Shown piece by piece: positions 1 through 11,600 of a stretch of 64,000 nt of DNA. Both the position numbers and the translations under genes were made by a program. Source of the stretch: Eledone cirrhosa. Lineage: Eukaryota. The stretch spans positions 372,620,001 to 372,684,000 of the forward strand of contig OZ024743.1 of NCBI GenBank assembly GCA_964016885.1, read 5' to 3'. Under the pieces are notes generated by a model. It did no database searches. It saw only the letters and a list, made by a program, of their open reading frames with translations, and had not been told where the DNA came from. Positions within the stretch are counted from its first letter, which is position 1. Each line of letters starts with the position of its first letter.

Positions 1-13
1 CCATTTATTTAAT

Positions 14-128
<115 letters not shown>

Positions 129-357
129 TGGTTAGGTATGTAACTAGAGTACAGGAGGTACTTTGCCATTGAAGTAATCAATGCTGTTACGAGCTCCATT
201 TCAAGTTATATGACTTGTTTTTCCATTACCAAACAATTTTGTGGCTGTATATACAACTAGCTCTTTTAGAGGTAATAAACAAATACTTTAATTTTGAAAT
301 AGAGAAACTGGTGAACTGGAGTTTTAAGAACTTGTCAGACAATTGTAGCAAAAATTA

Positions 358-830
358 CTCTTCCACAATGTAATTGCTTTAGTTCCAACACAGTCTCACA
401 TCAAGTCACTTACCAGACAACTCTTCCACAGTGTAATTGCTTTAGTTCCAACACAGTCTCACATCAAGTCACTTACCAGACAACTCTTCCACAATGTAAT
501 TGCTTTAGTTCCAACACAGTCTCACATCAAGTCACTTACCAGACAACTCTTCCACAATGTAATTGCTTTAGTTCCAACACAGTCTCACATCAAGTCACTT
601 ACCAGACAACTCTTCCACAATGTAATTGCTTTAGTTCCAACACAGTCTCACATCAAGTCACTTACCAGACAACTCTTCCACAGTGTAATTGCTTTAGTTC
701 CAACACAGTCTCACATCAAATCACTTATCAAACAAATACAATTGTAGTTTCATTGACTCTTTCACAATGTAATTGTTTTAGTTACAACACGCACACGCAG
801 TCTCAGATCAAGTCACTTACCAGACAACTT
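358..830. repeat. 63-bp tandem repeat (about 6 near-identical copies plus a degenerate tail)
   Basis: Unit CTCTTCCACAATGTAATTGCTTTAGTTCCAACACAGTCTCACATCAAGTCACTTACCAGACAA recurs at 358, 421, 484 and onward. Confidence 0.93.
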
Positions 831-997
831 TGAAATGTCATGTTTCAGTGAAAGACAATTGTAAAGTTGGCATTATGTTTAAATATATGATAATCCTATG
901 AGACTAGAGGAAAGAGAAAGAACACAGTGTTAAGATTACAACACATTAATACATTTATACACAAAGAATTTATTTATTCAGGAGAAAGATATATACA

Positions 998-1618
998 TAA
1001 CCTGGGACGAGCTGATAAATTCCGACCTCACACACTTACACCTCTCCAAGACAATGTCACTGGACCGAGACCTTTGGCGGTACTCAGTAATAGAGAAGAC
1101 CCGCCTTACCTAAATACAAAGTAAAACCTACTACAGTCAGTAGGCATCTCTAACAAAATACACCCCGTCCCACCTCCCCCACCCCATCCACACCGCCCCT
1201 TTCAATGTAAAGTTATGTTGGTGCCACAACATCCAGGCCGAAACAAATGAGATCGTGTAGGTGTCACGACAAAAAAAACACACAGTCCACGCTGTAATGT
1301 GGCCGTGTAGGCAACACGGTAAAAACCTCCCAGTCCCACACTGTAAATGTGGTTGGTGTTAGGAAGGGCATCCAGCTGTAGAAAACCCGCCAGACAGTCC
1401 ACGCTGTAATGTGGCCGTGTAGGCAACACGGTAAAAACTTCCCAGTCCCACACTGTAAATGTGGTTGGTGTTAGGAAGGGCATCCAGCTGTAGAAAACCC
1501 GCCAGACAGTCCTATGCGAGCAAGACAACCACTCTTGCCTCAAGTGGGAAAACTCCCGTCCAAACCCATGCAAGCGTGGAACATGGACGTTAAACGATGA
1601 TGATGATGATGATGATGA
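998..1618 (+). mobile_element. RTE-clade LINE 3' fragment (ORF end, 3' UTR and (GAT)n tail)
   Basis: Matches the ORF end (TWDELINSDLTHLHLSKTMSLDRDLWRYSV) and 3' UTR of the copies at 51297-53320 and 58796-59958; ends ...GGACGTTAAAC(GAT)n. Confidence 0.9.
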
Positions 1619-2064
1619 TATATTTCATCATCATCACCATCATCATCACCATTTAACGTCCATTTTTTGATGTTAGCATAGTTTAGACAAGTTGTCCTAT
1701 TGTGAGAAATGCCGGATCAGATGACCATGTCTTGCTCATACAGAACTGATTTTGGCTTGGTTTCTACAGCTGGATGCCCTTCCTAACACCAACCTCATTT
1801 ACAGTGAGTACTGGGTACTTTTTGTTGTGACACCTACATGACCATTTTACAGTGTGGACTGGATACTTTTGTTGTGATTCCTACACGACCATTCTACAAC
1901 GTGGGCTGGGTGCTTTTTACTGTGACACCTACATGACCACTTAATATATATATGAAGGTTGGGTAAAAAGTTCATAGGCTGACCAAGATACTCTTATTGA
2001 ATGACAAAACAAAATTAGGTTTATTTTTCAACATAGACCCTGGAAAGTAACAATGCAGATAATA

Positions 2065-2245
2065 ATAATTGTTTCTACATTTGGCACAAGGCCAGCAATT
2101 ACCCCAGTGCTTTATTATATCGACCCTGTAGGGGTGAAAAGCAAAGTTAACCTCAGCGGGATTTGAACTCAGACCATAAAGGGCCATAACTCTTTGCTGC
2201 AAAGCATGGCGTCAGACCCACTACCGATACTACCAATCCACCTAA
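2065..2245 (-). mobile_element. tRNA-derived SINE (family 1)
   Basis: Reverse complement has a B-box (GAGTTCAAATCCC) and the central GACTTTGCCTTTCATCC...GGGGTCGATAAA segment shared with copies at 33865, 35690, 36645 and 42815. Confidence 0.8.
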
Positions 2246-2438
2246 TAATAAGAATTGAAATTAATGCATGCAAGAGTACCCAGCTTTAGCATCAATTCTT
2301 CATAGCCAGCCTATGAACTTTTCAGCCAACTCTCATATAAATATATAAAGCAAATAAATTCATAATCTCTCCATGCCAATGTTTTATTTTTCTTGCTGCA
2401 ATACTTGCTTATATATATATATATAAATATATGTATAT

Positions 2439-2502
<64 letters not shown>

Positions 2503-2552
2503 TCCCTTGATTAAATCTTAACCATTTAACATCTCAGGGTATGTCATGTATC

Positions 2553-2615
2553 ATTATATTTTGTCTGATGAGGACGTACTGTTGTACATCCGAAATATGT
2601 ATAATAAAATGTAAT
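2553..2615 (+). ncRNA. Minimal type I hammerhead ribozyme motif
   Basis: ATTATATTTTGT-CTGATGA-GGACGTACTGTTGTACATCC-GAAA-TATGTA-TA-ATAAAATGTAAT: complete core, 12-bp stem I (with G:U pairs), good stem II and a short near-palindromic stem III. Confidence 0.8.
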
Positions 2616-2820
2616 TGATCAAAAGAACATCTATTTTATTAATATTTATATTTTAATATTAATAACTCCGGAAAATTATTTTTCTGTAGAGTGCTTTCAA
2701 TCTACTGTAAAACTCATTCTTTGACATAATCATTGAATATCGTTTAACACTTTAATATATATATATATATATATAGTGACAAAACATAAGTGAATTGCAT
2801 GAACTCATAATCCTTTATTT

Positions 2821-2876
2821 ACTGCTATATATATTTCGATGATAGCCATTGAATGGCTATGACCTCATCAGGCAGT
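2821..2876 (-). ncRNA. Minimal type I hammerhead ribozyme motif
   Basis: Minus strand ACTGC-CTGATGA-GGTCATAGCCATTCAATGGCTATCATC-GAAA-TATATA-TA-GCAGT; stems I and II pair and stem III is palindromic. Confidence 0.82.
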
Positions 2877-2944
2877 TAGTCAGTTCTTAGATATGCCAGC
2901 TCTGTGTATATAGTGTTGATGGTATCAGAGCCTTGGGACATAAC

Positions 2945-2992
<48 letters not shown>

Positions 2993-3154
2993 AATATAAA
3001 TTAGCGCGAATCGTATTTCGGCTTTGGAATTAGCGAAAAACAACTTCCGAGATGTGTGTCAAGCGCTCAATAATTCTGCCGAACCAGAGCTACAACATAC
3101 GTTAAAGGCCAAACACACTGAGACGATGGTTAAACTGTCATCTGTACAGCCATA

Positions 3155-3185
<31 letters not shown>

Positions 3186-3452
3186 CGGCCATATGTATAT
3201 ATATGTATATATATATATGTATATAGTTAAAAGAATAGAGGTGTAACACACAAGTTATTATATATTGGTAAACGGAATAGAAAATGCTGACAAATTGTTC
3301 ACAGTTGAAAAATGGTTTAATTAGGAATAAAAAAGTATTAGTGATTGTATGGGTTAGTATTCAGTTGTGGTTTTAAGTTTTTAAGTTTTTACCGGTTGCG
3401 CATTTCTAAATGCTTTTCAAAAATAATTTTGGGATAGAGTGTCCGTGCTGTT

Positions 3453-3491
<39 letters not shown>

Positions 3492-3496
<5 letters not shown>

Positions 3497-5167
3497 GGAG
3501 GTGAGTTTTATTGTAGTACAATAAAGCAATGCAGATATCGGATAAGAAGCACTCTACAGTTTGTAGGACTGGAGTATACATAATATAAGATCAAAAGATG
3601 GTTAAAGGAGTTCCATGTATTTTATTATGCGCATTTCAAAAACAAACATCATCATGCAATAATATTTGTGTTTTCATCAGATAAAACAGGAGAACATGAT
3701 ATGAAGGCTAAAAAACACTTGTGGATAGTGCAGTTTTAAATCAACATATGAAAAGTGGTTTTAGATTGATGTGTGATATTGGGAAAAATATTTTATTTAG
3801 AGAGGGGGGGTGGAAAGGATGAAAAAGGGGAGGAGATGAGAGGGAGAGATGGGTGATAGAGAGAAAGAGATAGTTTTTATAACTGAGAGGAGATATATTG
3901 TTTTACATAGAGAGGTTGAAAACCGTTGGAAGATACTGTATAAATTAAAAAAATTTGAAAATTAACGAAGGGAGGATATGTGCGAGGAAAAAATATTTTA
4001 TTTAGGGAGGGGGGTGGAAAGGATGAAAAAAGAGGGAGGAGATGAGAGTGAAGGTGGAGAGGGAGAGATGGGTGATAGAGAGAAAGAGATAGTTTTTATA
4101 ACTGAGAAAAAGATATATTGTTTTACATAGAGAGGTTGAGAACCGTTGGAAGATAATGTATAAATTAAAGGAATTTGAAAATTAACGAAGGGAATTTATG
4201 TATGAAGATAGAGAGAAAAAATAATAATTGTGGATGAATATTCTAACGTCAAAAAAAGTGTATGTTGATAAGTATTGTGGCAATTTCAAAATTAACGAAG
4301 AGAAAAATTATTAAGGTTTGTGTGTAGAAGGATTTGAGAAAAATAATGTGAAGTTAAAGTTTGTATATTGAAGGAATTGATAATATATGCGAATAAAGAG
4401 TTAATATGTATTAAGAATGAGTTCGTTGATGGGGAGAAAAAAATAATAAATTAAGGATGAAATTGAGATTAAAAAGATTTATGATAGAGAGAAAAAATAA
4501 TAATGATTGCGGATGAATATTCTAACGTCAAAAAAACAAATGTATATGTTATGAAGGATTTTACAAGGTGAAGATAGAATGAGGGTAATGAGTAAACAAG
4601 TATTATAGAGTGTATAATGCCCTTTAAAGTAAGGTAGGAAGATGGGTATATTTTAAAGAGGTGTATGTATATGTGCCTTTGAGAAAAGATTTTAAATTGA
4701 TAAAGAATTGATTATTAACTGTATACTTTGTGAAAAGTCCTATGGAATTTATGCAGGCAGATAGAAAACAAATCTTCGTTAATTTTCAAATTTTTTTAAT
4801 TTATACATTATCTTCCAACGGTTTTCAACCTCTCTATGTAAAACAATATATCTCCTCTCAGTTATAAAAACTATCTCTTTCTCTCTATCACCCATCTCTC
4901 CCTCTCATCTCCTCCCCTTTTTCATCCTTTCCACCCCCCTCCCTCTCTAAATAAAATATTTTTCCCAATATCACACATCAATCTAAAACCACTTTTCATA
5001 TGTTGATTTAAAACTGCACTATCCACAAGTGTTTTTTAGCCTTCATATCATGTTCTCCTGTTTTATCTGATGAAAACACAAATATTATTGCATGATGATG
5101 TTTATTTTTGAAATGCGCATAATAAAATACATGGAACTCCTTTAACCATCTTTTGATCTTATATTAT
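3492..5167. mobile_element. Penelope-like element remnant (inverted pseudo-LTR pair) in (TA)n
   Basis: 3580-3970 is the reverse complement of 4774-5167. Same family as the GIY-YIG-bearing copy at 43360-45246; flanked by (TA)n on both sides. Confidence 0.8.
5061..5127 (+). ncRNA. Minimal hammerhead ribozyme motif (mirror copies on the - strand at 3620-3686 and 43399-43465)
   Basis: TTTTAT-CTGATGA-AAACAC...GTTTATTTTT-GAAA-TGCGCA-TA-ATAAAA; palindromic stem III TGCGCA. Confidence 0.75.
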
Positions 5168-5186
5168 ATATATATATATATATATA

Positions 5187-5504
5187 CAATATATTAATAA
5201 ATGGAAATTATATTTATAAAACCATAATTATTTTATTATATATATTTCAAAGGCAACCAAGGTAAATTATGGTGCGCTTTCATCAGATAAAATACAGATT
5301 TGTTTTATAAATAAATATTGACATACCCGGAAAAAAGACAACGGTTAGCGAATTTCAACCGTTGAGGTTGTCTTTTTTCCGGGTATGTCAATATTTATTT
5401 ATAAAACAAATCTGTATTTTATCTGATGAAAGCGCACCATAATTTACCTTGGTTGCCTTTGAAATATATATAATAAAATAATTATGGTTTTATAAATATA
5501 GTTT

Positions 5505-5508
<4 letters not shown>
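5187..5508. mobile_element. Fold-back element in (TA)n, probably a Penelope-derived inverted pLTR pair
   Basis: Arms 5201-5342 and 5367-5508 are near-perfect reverse complements, and each carries a hammerhead motif. Confidence 0.75.
5415..5480 (+). ncRNA. Minimal hammerhead ribozyme motif (mirror on the - strand at 5229-5294)
   Basis: TATTTTAT-CTGATGA-AAGCGCACCA...TGGTTGCCTTT-GAAA-TATATA-TA-ATAAAATA; 8-bp stem I. Confidence 0.8.
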
Positions 5509-5538
<30 letters not shown>

Positions 5539-5545
5539 GTATATA

Positions 5546-5657
<112 letters not shown>

Positions 5658-5667
5658 ATATATATAC

Positions 5668-5699
<32 letters not shown>

Positions 5700-5712
<13 letters not shown>

Positions 5713-6643
5713 TGTGGTTGTCTGTCTGTCTATCGATTTTTGGCACACATCTCCTCTTAGAATCTCTCACGGAATTGCACCGAAATTGCTATACTTGTAC
5801 ATTGAGCCCTAGCGAAGACATCGGAAAAAAATATTTCAAATTGACCCACCCTATGTGACGAAATCGAATATAATGTATCGATTTTTTAGCGTAAGTTATC
5901 AGTTATTTCCCTTTGTTCTGTTTACATTGAGCGTCTTACGTAAAAAATTACGCTGGCTTTCTCAGCGTTTAAAATGACATTAACACAATACACGAACAGT
6001 TGTCGAGCCAGCAAAATATTGACCTGCAAAATTCATCAGTTCGAACACTAAGCTTCCGTTTTGCTTCATTTCCATTTAAAAGCATTTTAAAACAATATTT
6101 TTACTTGAAAACAAGTCTATTTAAAGACTACGTAAAACAAGCAAATATTTCGTCGTTAGGCGTGCAGACAGACAGTCGTGCAGACAGACAGTCGTGCAGA
6201 GAGGTGATATACGCGTGCAGACAGACAGTCGTGCAGAGAGGTGATATAGGCGTGCAGACAGACAGTCGTGCAGAGAGGTGATATAGGCGTGCAGACAGAC
6301 AGTCGTGCAGAGAGGTGATATAGGCGTGCAGACAGACATAACTGATAATTTGGTTACGCTAATGTTTTTCTCTGCGTTGCAGTGTTTACATTTTCGATCT
6401 TTGTTAATAAATAACCAGTGCAGTTTCTATCCCCAGCATCCTCTTTTGTTATAACATTCGGGTTATCGTTATGTTTTCTTAACTTCATAAGGCATATTGT
6501 TGGTTGAGGGAATATTAATCAAAAACACCACATGCAAGTCTGCACAGTAGACACTACAGTTTTTAAGCCAAGAAAGAAACTTAACATTGTAACTTTAACA
6601 CAGCTACTGAGCGACCCCGAGCAACGCCGGGCTTTACTGCTAG
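5700..6643 (+). mobile_element. Non-autonomous Helitron
   Basis: The 3' end has a GC hairpin CCCGAGCAACGCCGGG about 9 nt before CTAG followed by T (6640-6644). The 5' end reads (TA)nAAACTGTGGTTGTCTGTCTGTC. The true 5' TC may be at 5546, inside an expanded TA tract. Confidence 0.7.
6158..6337. repeat. 37-bp minisatellite inside the Helitron
   Basis: Unit GGCGTGCAGACAGACAGTCGTGCAGAGAGGTGATATA at 6249, 6286 and neighbouring positions. Confidence 0.9.
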
Positions 6644-7688
6644 TATATATATATAATGAAAAATAAAAGTTACGGGCGAAAGAAAGGGGTATCCTCGTCA
6701 GTTGTCTGCTAGGAATCATTGGTATTTTTTCGCGTTAGAAACAATATACCTCAGCCTAGGGCGAACAATAACTAAAATAAGTTATTGGGATAAAAGAAGG
6801 AGGGGGGTGTAAACAGACACGAAGGGTGAAGCAACAACTCATTTCGAACGTAAGAACTGGTGAATTTTGACGAGAGCGAAAAAAGACGTCTTAGCCGTAG
6901 CAGTGTTAGCGAGAGAAGAGACTGCTTACAGTGACGGACGAGGGAGGAAGTGGGCTAGCGGAGAGAGGGTTACTAGCAGAGAGAGGGAGTGAGTGAAAGT
7001 AAGAGGAAGCGAGAAAGAGATAGTTATAGTGGCAGGCTAACCGAGAGAAGGTGACTAGCAGAGGGGGTGAGCGAGAGTAAGAAGGAGAAAGAGAGAGAAG
7101 GGGGAGAGAGAGGAAAGCAGCAAGGGGAAAGAAAAGAGACGGGTCACAGCGAAGAAGGGAGCTTATATGAATAAAAATGGCGAGCTGTGTGGTTGTAGAC
7201 AACTGACGAGGATACCCCTTTCTTTCGCCCGTAACTTTTATTTCTCATTATACTTAATTGCAACCACACAGCTCGCCATTTTTATTTATATATATATTTA
7301 TATATATAAAAGGTAAACAGAAATAACAAAAATAACAAAACAAATGGCACAGTACATGGAAGGAATATATCAGTTTAATGCTTGAAATAGCAGAAAGAGC
7401 GTTTTAACGTTTCAGACACTAGTCATTCATCAGAAGAAAGAAGGAGAAATTGAAGAAGAAGTAGAAAGATTGAGGAGATGGGCAGGGCGGAATCAGAAAA
7501 AAAATATTAGACAAAAATAACAGATCCATTCATGTTGCCATTTCTTGGAAATATATATATAATCAAAGATATATGGAGGAGAAGGCAATACATTTAAAAA
7601 CAAGATTTACTTCTTACACTGTTTCATTTTGAAGTACAATTATAATATAACAGGTCAACATATATGTGTGCATATATACTACGATACT

Positions 7689-7764
<76 letters not shown>

Positions 7765-7903
7765 AGCTGAGGTACCTGGCTTTGCCTGGGAGAACAGTTA
7801 AGAGAAGACGGATAAAAGAGAAAATGACTGTATTGGATGTGTTGTCTTGTATGAGGTGAGACCATAATGCATGTGTGTGTGAGTGTGTGTGTGAGAGTGT
7901 GTA

Positions 7904-7934
<31 letters not shown>

Positions 7935-7945
7935 TAGAGAGAGAG

Positions 7946-8015
<70 letters not shown>

Positions 8016-8364
8016 AGAAAAACAATAATAAAACTTCCGATTAAATGGTAGTATTGACTTTGGATTTTAAATGTTGTGAAATAACCATAGTCAGTATGAT
8101 CTTTTTCAGCTCAAAGGACATCATCTGAAAGACAGCAATATACCGCATAACATTGCTTCTGAAGTGTTGCTTCGTTAGTACGGTCTGTAAGTAGTATATA
8201 GATAAAAGCTGGAGGGTAGATTAATTTCAAATAGTATCAATTTTGCTTTGTTCTGTAAAATCAAAGACTGTAAAATGACTTTATAAAAGCTAACGCAATA
8301 TTGTTAAACCTTCAACTGATACTTGGATCTATAGTTTAAGCCAATGTGGAATGTCACTCTCTCT

Positions 8365-8424
<60 letters not shown>

Positions 8425-8616
8425 AACTAACACTTTAATTGTATCTCTCTCTCTCTGTATAACGGCCTATCTCTCTCTTTCTGCCTCTCCCTCTATGTCT
8501 CTCTCTCTTTAGATGTGTGTGTGTGTTTTCATGTGAGTCAACCAATAAAAAATGTTCTTTTATATTATATATAGATATATCCTTAAAGACATAGATAGAT
8601 AGATAGATAGATATGT

Positions 8617-11600
8617 TTCTTTATTAGCCACAGGGGCACAAAAGAAGGGGACAAATACAAAGGTTTACATACAATAAAAACGTGTAAAATACTATCACAA
8701 ATGCAATTTAAAAATTAATCGATTTTCCCCAATAGGGGGAGACATTTCATATGGGTAACACATACCCCCGAAAAAATGTGCAACCCTCATCTCCAGGAGT
8801 ACGAAGAGTTTGTACCACTTTCCTCTCTTCCTCCTTTTCCTCAACCTACAGGCTGATATAGAGAGAAGGCCCATTCACTCGGGCCATTCTCGCCACTTTC
8901 ACCCACCTTTCATAAAACTTGCTGGGGTAGAGCACCTCTCTCTCCATTCTGATCCTTCTTCCAAAATGGTACTTGAAAAAAAGGACTAGTTGTTGGCCGG
9001 AGAGAAAAGTGTCTGACCTCAGCCCTTTCAACCTCGTCCAGCATACAACCTCTTTCGCCATAGCTATCACACAGAGGAAAACCGCCTCTCCTTCGTTTTT
9101 GAAGGGGGGAGGCGGTTTGATCATGACAATGTACTCGGTGGTCAACTGGATTTGTCCCACCCGCGACAGTAGTCTTTCCACATAGCCCCACAGGTCAGCA
9201 ACACCTGAGCAGTGTACGAATGCATGCGCAACGGTTTCCTCGTCACGCACGCATCTAGGACAGATCTTTGACGAGGGGTCCCTACTCGGGCGTCCATGTC
9301 TGTAGAGCTTGTCCTGAAAGGGGTAGAGTTCCTCGGTAGCACTGCCAAGCCAGGGACTTTTGGAAGTTGTCCATCGGTCCCGAGCCAAACGCCCTTCCGA
9401 ACTGACTGGCTAGCTCATCTTCCTCCATTCCCAGAGCTTCTCCAAGAGCGTCGTCGCACTTGCTGTGAACCAACTCTCTATAGAATGTTGAGGTTGAGTC
9501 TCCACTGATTGCCGGATCTGCTTGCCAGAGGGCAGTGAGCACCTGGGCACATTCAATGTGCCAGTCGCCCACTTTTCTCGGTCTTTGCTTGACCCAGGAT
9601 TGCAGCTCGGTGAGTGAGACGAGTCTCGGAAAGGCTCGCCTCACAAAAGGGACCCACACCGGGACCGGTAAGGAATACCTGGAGGTGCCGTAGCCTTAAT
9701 GCGTGTCTACGCATCATCAGCCACGGCATCCCCAGCCCTCCGTTTGAAGGGTGTTGACAGCAGATGGATCTTCTCACCAAAGGGGCCCGCTTCTTCCAAT
9801 GGAATCGGAAGAGCGCGCACTCCATTTTGGCAAGCGTTTTCGCTGGGCAAGGCACGACGGTCAAGCGGTAGTAGATGATGGACGCTATATAAGTGTTCGC
9901 CACCTCCGCTCAACCTTTCAGGGATAGTTTGCACTCGGCCCACTTCTGGGCGAGTGCAAACACCCTGCCCATTACCTCATCCCAGTTTTTCTCCACCTGG
10001 AGGTCTGGTCCGAACCAGACCCCGAGCAGCTTCACCGGTCCCTCCGTCCAGCATCCGACGATGCCGTTGGAGGGCATCGGTTTGCCTCTCCACGTTCCGA
10101 GTTTCAAACCGACGGACTTGTCCCATTTCAGCTTGGCTCCTGTAAACCTTTCGTATTCCTCCAGTAAGGTGACGATCTTCCCGATTTCCGAGGCGCATGA
10201 CACCATTACTGTCACGTCATCGGCGTACGCCGACACCGCTTTCCGCAATTCCAGTTCCAAGGGTATTCCCTGCAACAGCTCCAGCTGCCGCAGTAGTGGC
10301 TCGAGAGCCAACACATACAGAAGGGAGGAGAGGGGGCCTTCCTGTCAGATGGATAGCGCGCTTTGGAACGGCTCCGAGAGGTAGCCGTTCACCTTGACCC
10401 TCGAGCAGGTGTTTCTGCTGTGCATTGCAGCAATCCAGCCCCTGAAAACCGGTCCGAAGCCTGCCGCCGCGAGCACCGCATCGAACGCCTTAGATTGACC
10501 CAAGTTGATCAGGGCCCCACCAAAGCCGGGTTCGTTCCCTACCCTCTCTACGATGTATCACATGAGGTGGACGTTGTCGTGTATGGACCTGGACAGGATT
10601 GCGCATGTCTGCGCTTCTCCCACCAGGTTCCCGACGACAAGCACCAACCTCTTCGCTAACATCTTGGCCAAAATCTTTAACTCTGTGTTTAGCAGAGTTA
10701 TGGGCCTGAAGTTATCTATGTCATCCCCCTTGTTCTCGTCCTTCCTCACCAGCGTGACTACGCCCTTGGTCACAGAACTGGGAATTCTCCCGTTCTGTTG
10801 CCAGTTGCACTAGACCGCCTCGAGGAGATCGGAGAACAAGTCCGGCATCGCTACATAAAGTTTGTATGGTTAACCATCATGACCGGGAAATTTGCACTTG
10901 CCGCATAGGCTCAGCGCTTCCCCTATTTCAGCGGCTGAAATTGGCCTTTTGCAGGACTTCGCCTCCCCATCCGAGAGCCGCGGCAGACCATCGAGGTATG
11001 GACCGAAATCCCGCCGCCCCTCCCGAACAGTCGTGCAAAGCGCCGTTGAAAGGCCGCGCACATCGGCTCAGGTTCAAGGATCACGCGTCCATCCTGGTCC
11101 TTCAAAGACCGAATCGTGGACTTGTTTCCACTTTTTGCCTCTGTCACTCGGGCCCAGCTAACAGCTTTGGCTCCCTCGTTACCCAGAGCACATATTTTAC
11201 TCCTGACAACACAGCCCTCGTGCTTCGCATCAAAGAACTGGTCTAGAGCCGTCCTTGATGCCAGCACGCCGACCACGTTGCCCCTCCTAATCACCTCTTC
11301 TACTCTATCTATCAATTCCCTTTCAGTTCTATTCCTATCTGATGCTAATTCCTGACTAAAACCTATCGATTCTATTCTAATTTCTCTCTTGAGAGAGCCC
11401 CACCACCTGCTGTTGACAATTTCCCCTGTCAACCGCTGCTTAACTAGAGTGCTAATCCACTTACTGTAAGCTTTGTTTGTCGGTAAGGACAAGTTTAGCT
11501 TCCAGTAACTGGGTCCTTGTCTATGGGTTCTATCAAGGTTGACCACTCCGGTCACCAACATGTGATCCAAAAAGTGAACATTCGTGGACAGCTTAATATA

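Noticed and set aside
358-740. CRISPR-like regular repeat
   Set aside because: Units are fully repeated with no unique spacers, there are no cas genes, and the context is eukaryotic.
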